A program made the position numbers and the translations under genes. Of a stretch of DNA of 64,000 nucleotides, positions 12,101-26,283 are shown one piece after another (positions within the stretch are counted from its first letter, which is position 1; every line of letters starts with the position of its first letter). Source of the stretch: Eledone cirrhosa (taxonomy: Eukaryota). The DNA is taken from NCBI GenBank assembly GCA_964016885.1, contig OZ024741.1:181536001-181600000 (forward strand). Direction: 5' to 3'. The notes below the pieces were generated by a model. The model worked only from the letters and a program-made list of their open reading frames with translations. It searched no databases and was not told the DNA's origin.

Positions 12101-14061
12101 GAGATGATTTAAATCAGTAATGTTTAGTTTATTTGTGATGATAATGTTTTTGAGAATTATGTTATTCTTGTGTATTATCTTTTGGTTCTGTTTGGAGTTG
12201 TGGTTCTTAGGGAGGGTGTCTCGTTCCCCCATGTCAGATTCTTTCATTTTCATCCATTCGATCATAATTTCATCCTTCAAGTTGGCAAGTTCATTCTCAT
12301 TCATTTCTTTATCATTTACGATCTCATTGTTTTCATTTTGAGTTTCAGCTTGAGCATGCACTCCCTCCACCTTTTCGATCCTTTCTTTAATTTGTTCTGG
12401 TGTCAGTGATTCCGCCCCAACCCTGGGATTCGAATTGTTACAATTTACCTCGTTTTCACTGACACTTGTTTCATTTTCCCTTCGCTGACTTTGTGCTAAT
12501 AGCTTGATCTGATCAATTTCTATATCAGTTAGTAACTTTCTTTTAACAATATTTCTTCGTATATTGGCTAGTTTGTTACTGTCAATATAACCTCTGTTTT
12601 CGGGATGTTTCTTTTTCCAGTTGATATATGCCTGTTCTGTATTCGATATATTTGATGGGTAGTACATGGCAGTGTAGAAAGCCTCAAGAACTTCTTTATT
12701 GTCTCCCCTTGACCATTTTTCTATCTTTTTCTTTGGATTTCTTGGTGGTGAGCATGGAGGGCCAACAGTAGGAGTATTCCGGTTATGGGAGGTCTCCAGC
12801 TCCGAAGTGATGGGAAGGTTTGAACCATTAGCTGATTTTTCGACCCCAGTCTGGTTCCTCTCTGAGGGACGCAGCCCTTTTTGACCCGGGTGACGGCCGA
12901 TCCGGTATGAGATTTTATCATTTGACAATTACTTTATTTTGTCGCGTTTTATCCTTAACCGCCAAGGGGTAATCATTTCGTGTTACCACTTCTAGGCCGA
13001 GTGTCAACCAAGACTAGAGGGATCGTCCCCCCCTAGAGACACGGCTATTCCCCGCCGGCCGCCATCCCGGTATTTCTTGGTCACGGGGTTTTCTTTTTTG
13101 TTGTTTTTTAAATTGTTATTATCATGAGTGGTTCCTTAATGTGAGCATTGCGTGGCTTAAGAATGAAATTATTATTAATAATATAATATACTTTTTGCTG
13201 AAGTTGCCTGTTATTGTTGTTGGCTATGTCAGTGGTGGTGCTGGGGATTTTTCTATTGTTGGTGGGGAAGGGGGGACCCAGCAGTGCCATAGTCGTTGAC
13301 GTTTGACCGAGTCACTAAGTCAGTCTATTTATATCTTTTGCTAGCCTCTCCCTTGTCTAGTGATACCGTCACCTTCCCCTTTCTTAAGTTAACAGAAGGA
13401 AGTGGGGTAAATAGTGGTGGTAGCAATGAAGGAGTGGTGGCGGCGGTGATGGAACAGTGGTAGCAATGATGGATGGAGTGATGGCGGCGGTGACTATAGT
13501 GATGGCGTTGTCGTTACTGGGTTTTGTTTAATAGACTGTAGTGGTATGCGTTTGTTTGATCTGTGTATCTATGCGGTTTGTCGCGTATGTTTAATATATG
13601 TGTTGACATATTTTCTTAATATTTGAATTAAACATTTTGAGAACACTTGAGATACAATAATAGTAATTATTATTATGTTGGGATTGGTGGTGGTGGTGGT
13701 GGTGAAATTGCCGTTATCTGACTGTTGTATTTAGTGTACACAGAGAGATGATGGGATAGGTGGTGTATCTCGTTTGTAGTGTTGGTGAAATTGCTGTTAT
13801 TTGGCTGTTCTATATAGTGTAGACAGAGGGGGTTTTCTTCCATTTATAACCATTTTCTTTTTTGAATATAAAATTTATAATACAAAATTGAATATTTGAG
13901 CGATATAACAGGATATTATGGATCCAAATTTTCTGAGAGTTGAGTCTGGTGCTTTATGTATCATTTGTACTAAGAATTGTTATATCACAATTGTTTTAAA
14001 TATGTTAAAAATCAAAAACTTACGGGAGCGATTTCGTACCATTCTATCCACCACGTGCGTT
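9156..14061 (-). mobile_element. R4/Dong-like RT-RLE retrotransposon, family B, near full length with frameshifts
   Basis: ORF pieces 11975-12928, 11497-11913, 9889-11334 (FQGDSLSP, YMDDLKL) and 9300-9746 (RPDIILKD...LIDMSVP...EKLSKY, RLE). 3' end at (TAA)n. Leader 13400-14061 is homologous to 2600-3385. Confidence 0.92.
9889..11334 (-). pseudogene. Dong-B reverse transcriptase domain
   Basis: EQKGC, WIDYKKAFDSLPH, GIFQGDSLSPLLF, FYMDDLKLF, YKYLG, GGRGL. Confidence 0.9.
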
Positions 14062-17000
14062 AACGTTTTACCTCGTTTTCAACCGTTCTAAACCTTTTAT
14101 TCAAGTTTTAAATTTGATAAAAGTTTAGAAGAAGTGACCCACCTAATACAGGGGTTCACTCGTAAATAATACGGCACCCCTTTACGGGGTGTCGTATTCG
14201 TATTTGTGTAAAAATACTTTTTGAAAAAATTTCAACATGGATAACACAAGAAAGAGAGAGAACGCTGTCAGACAACACAGAGAGAGGGAGACTTTATCAG
14301 CATGTCAACAAGACAGCGTTCCAGCGGAGGTAAATATAAACGAAAATATTACAAAGGAAAAGAAGATTGTTACAGATTTAAAATTAACAAATATTTTTAA
14401 TACAAACAACACCAATAATAACACCAACAACACCAACAACAACACCATCAATAACAACAGCAACAACAAAAATAACAGCGGTAAAGTCGAGAACGACAAT
14501 AACAAAAATAACAGCGGTAAGGTCGAGAACGACAATAACAATGACAATAACAACAGTCACAACAACAGTAATAGGAACAATATCAACAAAAACAACAATA
14601 ATAACAACAGCCACAATAACAGTAACAATAGCAACAGTATCAACGAAAACAACAACAACACCAACAACTGTACCAACGAAAACATCAACAATAACATCGA
14701 TACCTGTAATAGCGATCTCAGCACCACCAGTAAGTCCAGTAGCGCCAGCAATAGTGGTGCTGCTGCTGAAAAGTACCACTTCTTTTGCAGGTGTCGCCCG
14801 AAATATCGAGACAGTGTTAGTCACAGAGGAGGAGATGGCTGTTGCAAGGGCCATGTTGACAAGAAGCGCCAATAGAGTCTCCCTGAAACCTCCACCCGAT
14901 TTTTTCAAGGACCAGCAGCTACGGACGGTGACTTACCGCACCGTAAGCAAAATCTCACACCGGGTGGAGAGAGCCACGGACGCTCAAATCCAAAAGGCCT
15001 TGGCGTGCGTCTGGGCACGCAAAACCCACATCACCCGAGGCAGAAAGTACGCCACAGTAGACGTACTTTTCGCCACTCCCCAGGAAGCAAAGTCTCACTC
15101 TTTGGAAACCCTAAAGAGTGAGGAGATAGTCTTGGTGCCCTCCTACTGCGGGCAGAAAATTGTGAGGGTCAAAGTGACCCAGGTCCCACCCGACGTGCCC
15201 ATACCTTGGCTGGCCGCGTCTGTCCTTGCTGGAATCGAGAACAGGATGACCATGCTGCAAGTAGAAAAAATAGGGAGAGAGAACTGGTCAGGTAAAGGCA
15301 TGCAAATGCTTATACAAACTGACCAGGAATGTATCGACGCTACCACCGATATCATAGACATCGAGGAAGGACTCCAACTCCCTATAAGTGTAGAAGGAAG
15401 ACGGCCAAAATGTTATCTCTGTGGGTTGAAGGGTCACCTCAGGGCCTTTTGCCCGCAGAAGACAGCGAAGAAGAAGGCCCCTCTCCTTCCAATACCTGGT
15501 CCGCTGCTACCAAGAGCAGGGCAGGAAACAAAGGCAGAAGCCCCTTCCACGGTAAGTAGGAGGGCAACGTCCGTTGCACCCATACCAAGGCCACGGACAA
15601 CTAAAGCAGCATCATCAGTGGCGGCAACACCAATAGCTACATTTGAAGTAGCTACACCAGCAACAAAATTGCCGAAGAGGGCTCCACTACCACCACCAAC
15701 AACCGTGGAGCACATACCCCTCCCAGACGCCACAGAATCCGACATGGAGTTTGAGGCGGGAGTGAAGTGGCAAACGGTCTGCCACAAAAAAGAAAAAAGA
15801 AAAAAAACCCTTAGATTCACCCTTCAAAAGCTAAGAGGGGTAAAGGCAGCAATGAATCTTGCAGCAACACCACCACCATCACCACCACAAGCACCACTGA
15901 CTACAACAACCACACCACCACCAGCATCACCAAAAACACCAACAACGTAAACACAACAAGACACACACACCAAACAGCAACAAGAAGAAAACAGCAACAA
16001 AATCACCCCTCCACCTAGAAAGTACACAGCCATAAACATGGCAAAAAAAAAAAGAACTCATACAATATATAAAGCAGCACACAGACATCACAGAAAAAAA
16101 CTACTACACCCCACCAACACCAAGAACTCTCCCGACAAACATAAGCATCATTGAAATCTCAATAGAACAGTACAAACTTTTAAAACAAAAATTCCCCAAC
16201 GCAGTTGGAGACTTCAGAGGGTCGGTTACCAAGAGGATATACACTGACATCCTCTTGGAAACACCCATGACCAGCGAAAGGGACGGTTCTACTGTCCCTT
16301 CACCACACGATCAAGGTAAGTGACCCTTTCTCACTTGCCCCGTTTCTCATCCAACATAGGCAGTATAAATGCACGTGGCCTGGGGTCATCTTGGAAGCAG
16401 GGTCACCTGCTCAACGACCTCAGGTCACTAAACATAGATGTGGTGGCCATCAGTGAGACCAGAATCTCCGAAGCACAAGCCTTCGCACCGATCTTCCGCG
16501 GCTACGATGTATACGCATCTCCCAGCCACCCAGGATCAGGTGGAGGGGTTGATGTCCTTTTTTGGAGAGGCTTGGATCTCGCCATACGGGCCATCTTCCT
16601 AGACCCAGAAGGTAAGTCGGTGGTGCTGCACGTGACCGGCAGCGAAGGCAATGCTTTCAGGCTAGTAGCCGTCTACGCCCCAACATGGGCAGGACAGCCA
16701 GATTTCTTCAGACGTCTAGAGACCTTTCTTGGAACGTCCCGCTCTTTAGTGTTAGTGGGCGACTGGAACGGTATCTTGGATGCACGCTGGGATTGTGTGG
16801 GGTTAGTGGATAGGGGAGGAGGGTGCAAGAGCCTCACCAACCTGCTCAGACGTTTTGAACTGTCTGACAGGTATCGACTGGATCACCCAATGTGGACATG
16901 GACAAACCGCATCGGGTCATCCAGATCGTATCTCGATAGGGTATTCTGCAGAGAACTAGATAAGGCTAGTATAAGTTGTCCACAATTTAAAATAGTCGAC

Positions 17001-20000
17001 TACACAGACCACAAATTTTGTGATCTGTGAGATCGACATAGACAAACTTCATAGACAAGGGCCTGGTTACTGGAAGCTGAACGCGTCTTTCCCGGCGTGC
17101 AAAGCCTACAGAGACCGGATTAGCGTATTAGTTAAGCGGGCGTTGACGGGAGCGGTCGTCAACAACAGGTGGTGGTTCGCCCTGAAAAGGGCAATTAAAG
17201 TAGAGTCGATTAGGTTTAGCAAAGGAGTAGTGATAGAGGAAAATAGAGTAGAGGGAGAGCTAGTCAGAAAGCTAGAAGAGGAGTTTAGGACAAGCATCGC
17301 AACCGACGTGCTTGCGGCGAGATTGGCACTCGATCAATTCTTCAACGCAAAACACGAAGGCTGTGTTGTCAGAGCTAGAGCGCGTGCTCTGAAACACGAG
17401 GGGACAAAAGCCGTCCAATGGGCCCGAGTGGCAGAGGCGCGACGTAGCAACAAAGCCACAATTCGGTCTTTGTTTGACCAAAACGGGTGCGTGATGCTCG
17501 AACCCGAGCGGATGTGTGAAGCTTTTCAGCAGCACTTTGCTGAACTGTTCAGGAGCAGCGGCGGCCCGGATCGGGGCATGGACTTCAGTGCATACCTCGA
17601 CGGCCTGCCTCGGCTCTCGACGACCGCAGCACAGTGTTGCGAAAAGCCGATAACAGCCGGTTAAATACGGGAAGCGATGGCTAACTGCACAAGGGGTAAA
17701 TCGCCAGGTTTGGATGGTCTGCCCTACGAGCTTTATTCATTTATGCCAGACTTATTAGGTGACCTCTTGGCAGACGTCTACTGCAACTGGCAGCAGAACG
17801 GGAGCATTCCCAGTTTTGTGAGCCGGGGAGCAGTAGCACTGCTGAGAAAAGACCCGAACAAGGGGGATGTTATCGATAATTTCAGGCCCATAACCCTGCT
17901 AAACGCAGAGTTCAAGATTTTGGCCAAGGTGTTAATACGAGGTTGGCGCTTGTCGTCAATGGTCTGGTGGGAGAGGCGCAGACATGCGCCATTCCGGACA
18001 GATCCATACACGACAATCGCCAGCTCATGCAATACATCATAGAGAGGGTGGTTAAGGAACCTGGCACGGGTGGGGCTCTGATCAACTTGGATCAATCCAA
18101 AGCATTCGATAGGGTCGACCATCGGTACCTGGCGGCGGTTCTCGAGGCAGCCGGTTTCGGGCCCGTTTTCAGGGGTTGGATCGCAGCAATGTACAGCGAC
18201 ATCTGCTCAGTTGTGAGGGTGAACGGTCACCTGTCGCAGCCGTTCAGCATCATGCGCTCAGTCCGCCACGGTTGTCCCCTCTCATTCCTCTTGTACGTAT
18301 TGGCTCTCGAGCCGTTACTGCACAAACTGGGGGCGATGAGGGGCGGCCCACGCAAACTAGGATGCGGGAAATCCGAGTCGGCTTACCCCGACGACGTCAC
18401 TGTGGTGGTGTCGAGCACGAGACACGTCCAGATGCTCGACACCACTCTCAAGGAATACGAAGCGGTGACAGGAGCAAAGATAAACCAGGAAAAGTCGGTG
18501 GGCTTGCAGCTCGGCACCTGGAGAGGCAAGTCCATGCCGTCCGACAGCGTCGTGGGGCGTCGAACGGACGGACCGGTTAAATTGCTCGGAATCTGGTTCG
18601 GACCGGACCTCCAGATGGAGAAAAACTGGAACGAGGTGACGAGCAGGGTGGCCTCCCTCACCCAGAAATGGGCCGTGTGGAAGCTATCCTTGAAAGGCCG
18701 GGCGGAGGTGGCGAATGCGTACATCACATCCGTCAAGTGCTACCGCCTCACCGTTGTCCCTCGCTCCAGCCCAACTCTCACCCAAATGGAGCGCCTCCTC
18801 TTCCGCTTTTTGTGGAAGGCACGCGCTCCCATGGTCAGACGATCCATCTGCTGTCAACACCCGTTGCGTGGAGGACTGGGCATGCCATGGCTGATGATGC
18901 GCAAACATGCGCTGAGGCTGCGACATCACTGGTGCTTCCTTGACGGTGAACAGGTGTGGTCGCCGTTTGCCAGGAACGTTTTCCCACAGCTCATCTCCTT
19001 GACGGAGCTGCAGTCCTGGGTCAGAAAAAGACCGAGGGATAGCGCTTGGAAACTGGAATGTCACCAGGCGCTCACTGCCCTCTGCCAGCTGGGCACCAGT
19101 ATCGGTGGAACATCCACCTCGGCGTTCTATAGAGGACTAGTGGAGGAGAAGGGCGACGACATTCTCGGAGAGATCCTGGGCGTCGAAGAAGATCAGCTGT
19201 TTGCTCGCTTTCGGATAACTTTCAGCCCTGGGCCTATGGATAACTTCCAAAAATCCCTGGCCTGGCAGTGCTACCGGGGAGCGCTGCCGGTTCGAGATAA
19301 GCTCTACAGGCACGGAAGTACCGTCAGCCGAGCCTGTCCGAGATGCGCGCAGAGCGACGAAACCGTCTTTCACGCACTCGTCCAGTGCCCAAGCATTGCT
19401 AACTTGTGGAGCTATGTCGAACAGTTGCTGTCGCGTGTAGGACTGATCTGGTTATCGACTGAGTCCATTGTGCAGATGGTCTCGCCGTCTTCCTTCGAGG
19501 AAGAAGGGCAGGCGGTTTTCATCTGCCTGGTGGCCATGGCGAAAGAGATTGTGTGGTGGACAAGGTTAAAAGGGTTAAAGACAGACACTTACCTCTTCGG
19601 CGAATCCCTAATTAACTTTTTCAAGTTTCACTTGAAGAGGAAAATCAGGGTGGAGAGGCAAGTGCTGTCTTCTAGCAAGTTTGTTGAAAGGTGGGTGAAT
19701 GTAGCGAGAATGGTCCGAGTGAACAGGATTTCTCTGAATATACGTCTGTAGTTTGAGAAATGGAAAAATTGAGAGAGGGCGCTTGCCCTGGTGATCAGGG
19801 TGGCCGTGGTCTTTTGTGTGGTTTTCGCCACGAGTAACCCTCGGAGGTTTCCCTCCTATTGGGGAATTTTTCATTGTTTCAATTTTCATTTTTATTGTTT
19901 ATATATATATATATGTTTCTATGTCCTTTTTTTTCTTTTCTTATATAAATAATAAAAATATTTACACGCACAAAACCCACATTGTACCGTCCTGTACCGT

Positions 20001-20054
20001 CCTGTACCGTCTGTAATGTTTTTCTTGATGTCAGCCCTTGTGGCCAATAAAGAA
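14062..20054 (+). mobile_element. Tx1-like LINE copy 2, near full length, degenerate
   Basis: ORF1 14237-16323 (frameshifted) with CCHC knuckle CYLCGLKGHLRAFC. ORF2 pieces 16320-17030, 17020-17664, 17677-18042 and 17943-19751. The ORF2 ATG appears lost by a small deletion. Ends ccaataaagaa(ATT)n. Confidence 0.92.
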
Positions 20055-20080
20055 ATTATTATTATTATTATTATTATGAT

Positions 20081-20201
20081 GTTTCTACTTAGGCACAAGG
20101 CCAGCAATTACCCAGTGCATTACTTTATTTTACGGGGTCGATAAAATAAAGTACCAGTAATGCACTGGGTAATTGCTGGCCTTGTGCCTAAAGTAGAAAC
20201 A

Positions 20202-20205
<4 letters not shown>
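20081..20205. mobile_element. SINE 3' fragment with an inverted copy of its own tail (fold-back)
   Basis: gtttctacttaggcacaaggccagcaattacccagtgcattac (20081-20123) is the reverse complement of 20157-20200. Same tail as the SINEs at 40795 and 56368. Confidence 0.8.
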
Positions 20206-20249
<44 letters not shown>

Positions 20250-20256
20250 ATTAATG

Positions 20257-20405
20257 TTTTCTTTATTAACCACAAGGGTTTACATAAAGTAGACATTAAG
20301 GACAGTACAGGACGGTACAAATGGGCATTTCTGCGTGTAAAAAACAGAGGATGAAATAAAATAACAAAGAAAAATTCCCCAATAGGGGGGAGACTTCCGA
20401 GGGAC
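20257..20405 (-). mobile_element. Severely 5'-truncated Tx1 3' UTR (copy 1/4 type) with a 16-bp target-site duplication
   Basis: Reverse complement of 8960-9130 and 56190-56358. attattataattaatg occurs at 20241-20256 and 20406-20421. Confidence 0.85.
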
Positions 20406-20480
20406 ATTATTATAATTAATGATATTATATATTATATTATTAAAACAAAAAATAATGAAAGTTAAAACAATATGTGACAA

Positions 20481-20511
20481 GGGGGTGACAAGACTTTCGG
20501 ACCACCCTGTA
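20481..20511. mobile_element. Possible solo Tc1/mariner terminal inverted repeat
   Basis: Reverse complement reads TA-CAGGGTGGTCCGAAAGTC. No partner TIR was seen in the window. Confidence 0.35.
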
Positions 20512-20717
20512 TATTAACTGAATAAATTGATAGATACTGTATATGTGTATTGGTCATATACACACACGTATACACATATACATACACAGCAATAAATTCG
20601 ACGACCTCAAAAGAAAAATACAAGATGAGCCTCAACCAATCTGTATGCGATTGTTTTCTACTTCTTATTGTATTGCGACAGCTTTAAATACACATTGCGA
20701 GACTAAATGAATATATA

Positions 20718-20775
20718 ATTGTTTCTACTTTAGGCACAAGGCCAGCAAATACCCAGTGCATTACTGGTACTTTAT
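20718..20775 (-). mobile_element. SINE tail fragment
   Basis: ttgtttctactttaggcacaaggccagcaaatacccagtgcattactggtacttta matches the SINE 3' end. Confidence 0.75.
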
Positions 20776-20893
20776 ATATAATATATATTATACATATACA
20801 TATTGTACATATATGGTTTCATATACGCCTTTAGTGTATTAATACATATTTCCTTATGTCTCATGAAGTTCTCTCATTATTCTTGTTGATAAG

Positions 20894-20957
<64 letters not shown>

Positions 20958-21819
20958 TACACATACACACACACATACACACAGACATACATACACACAC
21001 ATACACACACATACATACATACGCACACATACACACAGACATACACACAGACATACACACAGACATACATACACACAGATACACATACACACACACATAT
21101 ATATAATTACTTGTCTATGAGCTTATGTGATACAAAATACTAAAGATTCACAGAATAATGGACGCACTTACTTTATACAATCAAGATATTATTAATAGTG
21201 ACTGTTTATTTCGAAATTTTGCCGATGTTACCGGCTTATCTAAACATTTTCTTTTTATAATTTGCCAACATCGACGACACCTCGAAGTAAACAATCGCTA
21301 TTGGTAACAAAGAGGTTAAATAGCAGCGTAATGGTTAAACGTGTCTGCCCGGCATACGAGAGATACATAGTTCGATTCCTTGCAGGCATCTCTTTTTTTT
21401 GGTCCGATATCTCCGTCTCTATGGGTATTTTACCCGATTTATTCAAGTATTATTTAGAGTTATCAACAACTATTATAGTTATCTGCATTATGGAAGCTAT
21501 ATTTTAAAAATTATAATATTCTAAGGCTTCGTAAGCCAGCCAAATACGTTGTTTACACACCTGGTTTTACTCTCTCTTCAATCTTGACGGTAATTAGTGG
21601 CCAGGGGGGCTTAGGTGCAATAGTTAAATGCGATTTCCCGGCTTACGAGAGATGCGGGGTTTGAACTAGCGCACGCGTCTCTGTCCACGTTTTTTCCGTC
21701 TCCAGGCATAATTTACCCGATCGAGTTATTCAACTATTATTTACAGTTATCAAATACTATTGTAATCATTTGTAATGCGGTGACTATATTTTCAACTTCC
21801 CCCCCCCCCTCTTCCCACC

Positions 21820-21865
<46 letters not shown>

Positions 21866-21905
21866 TAACAACAAAGAGCGCTTAGAACATAGGTATATCT
21901 TTAAT

Positions 21906-21951
21906 TGCTAACAGTGTTTCGTCCACACTAGAAGTGGGACTCTTCAGAGCA
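21906..21951 (-). ncRNA. Minimal type I hammerhead ribozyme (Penelope pLTR-type)
   Basis: Minus strand reads tgct-CTGAAGA-gtcccac ttcta gtgtggac-GAAA-c act g-tt-agca. Confidence 0.65.
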
Positions 21952-22044
21952 TAAAGAGTAAATACATAGTATACAAGCATTGACAAAGCCAAAACATATA
22001 CTGCCTATTTGATAAGTGGAGTGTTACACACTCCAAATTCTCTC

Positions 22045-23147
<1,103 letters not shown>

Positions 23148-24119
23148 AGATTAGAATATATACCTTCTACTAAAAATACTATAAACATACAACCTAATAT
23201 TACCAACAAACACCAAATGAAAAGTACACACCTAAATGCCACCCACACTATACCCCAAAATACCAACAACTCTTCTAATATAAAGTATAGTAACTCTCAA
23301 AAAACTACTCATCATACAACTCTAATAAATGTTAATAATAAAACTCCTAATAAACAAGATAAAACACCTAAATCTATAAATCTAACTAAAAATGTTCGTG
23401 GTGAGATCATTAACATTAATCCTCCTAGTAAACATCACGATACAACCTATAAAAATAATAAACAACATAGAAACCGTAATAGACGAGTTACTTGGTATAA
23501 TGCTCCATTTAATTTACAAATTAAGGATAATATTGCTAAAAAATTTTTTTATATCCTAGAGAAAAACTTCCCGCCAAACCACAAATACCATCAAATCTTA
23601 AATAGGTCTACAGTTAAATTCTCATACTCAACAACCAATAACATAAAACAAAATATAAGTGCCTATAATGCATATAAATGTAAGAATACCATAAGTATAC
23701 CACCAATACATCAAACTAACCATAATATCTCCTCAAATACAGAATTAACGAAAGGTTGTAACTGTAGAAACAAAGCAAACTGCCCATTAAAAGGAAATTG
23801 TCTTGTTAACAACATAATTTATAAATGTAATGTTAAAACTAAAGATTCTATTTGCTCATATATAGGAGCTACTTCTAACAATTTTAAGGTAAGGTTTAAT
23901 ACCCACAAACATAGTTTTAAAAATGCCGCACTGGCTAATACAACATCTCTACCAGAAAATATCAAGAGTTATAAAAATAAGAATATAGAATATGATATGA
24001 CCTGGAGTGTACTCAAAAGAGCCACCCCTTATCAAAATAATAGAAATGAATGTAGATTATGTTCCCAAGAACTATTTGAAATAATGAAATCTAAGGATAT
24101 CCTATTAAATAAACGACAG

Positions 24120-25170
<1,051 letters not shown>

Positions 25171-25433
25171 TTATATTAAAATGCATAATTTTGCCTTCTT
25201 TCTTACATTTCCTAATACTGAAACTACTATGTAAACACATATTATGATCTAAATGCAGATTAATATTCTATGTTTCTTGAAACCTATATTTACTATAATC
25301 CCCTTCCCCCCTATTATTATTTGTATTTGTAAGCGTGGATGTATGTATGTATATGTAGGTAGGTATGTATGTTTGGGTGTTTGTATGTGAGTATAAAAAT
25401 ACATATGTGCGCATGTAAATAAGGGTGTATGAT

Positions 25434-25556
<123 letters not shown>

Positions 25557-25679
25557 GTATCTATGTATTTATGTGGGTATATGTATGTATGTATATGTAT
25601 GCGCATATATACGTCTATGTGTATATGTGTGTATGTGTATATATGTACGTATATGCGCATGTATATGTGAGTGTGTGTA

Positions 25680-25736
<57 letters not shown>

Positions 25737-25768
25737 TTGTAGTTGATGTGTGTATGTGTATATATATG

Positions 25769-25834
<66 letters not shown>

Positions 25835-25857
25835 TACACACACTCACATATACATGC

Positions 25858-26283
25858 GCATCCAAAATCACCGGGAGAGATGACCCCTTAGCCTTTGTCA
25901 AGGCAGAATTCTAGGAGAAGGAAAACTCTGATATAACACCTGCAACCCTGATGGTATCCAATGATGTTGACTTGTTCTTCTTTTTGGTAAATATCATCTT
26001 GGTTAAGAGAGTGGGACTGGCTTTGTGCAGTGCCTTTGCTCACTATAAAAGCTTCACGGCACAGGCATTGCTTTGTATCTGGAGATCTCTCTGCACTTGT
26101 CATTACATGGTACCATGGGCCCAGCACTATGTGTCAATAGTTGTCACAAGTGTAGTGTTTGTACCAGAGTTTTCAAGTTGCTGGCTGGACTAAAAAGTCA
26201 CACTCGTTCAGCGTATCGGTAGGGGTTCTCCTACATGGTTATAAAGTAGTGGCCGTACTCGAAAACGAGTTGGCAGCCACCAT
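25858..26283 (+). mobile_element. Non-autonomous retroelement-like repeat, copy 1, followed by an (ATGT/AT)n tract
   Basis: Highly similar to 27637-28060; ends gagttggcagccacc then microsatellite. Confidence 0.7.

Noticed and set aside
14237-14875. Frameshift in the (AAC)-rich ORF1 N-terminus as a programmed event
   Set aside because: Frameshift positions differ among copies and all copies are otherwise decayed.
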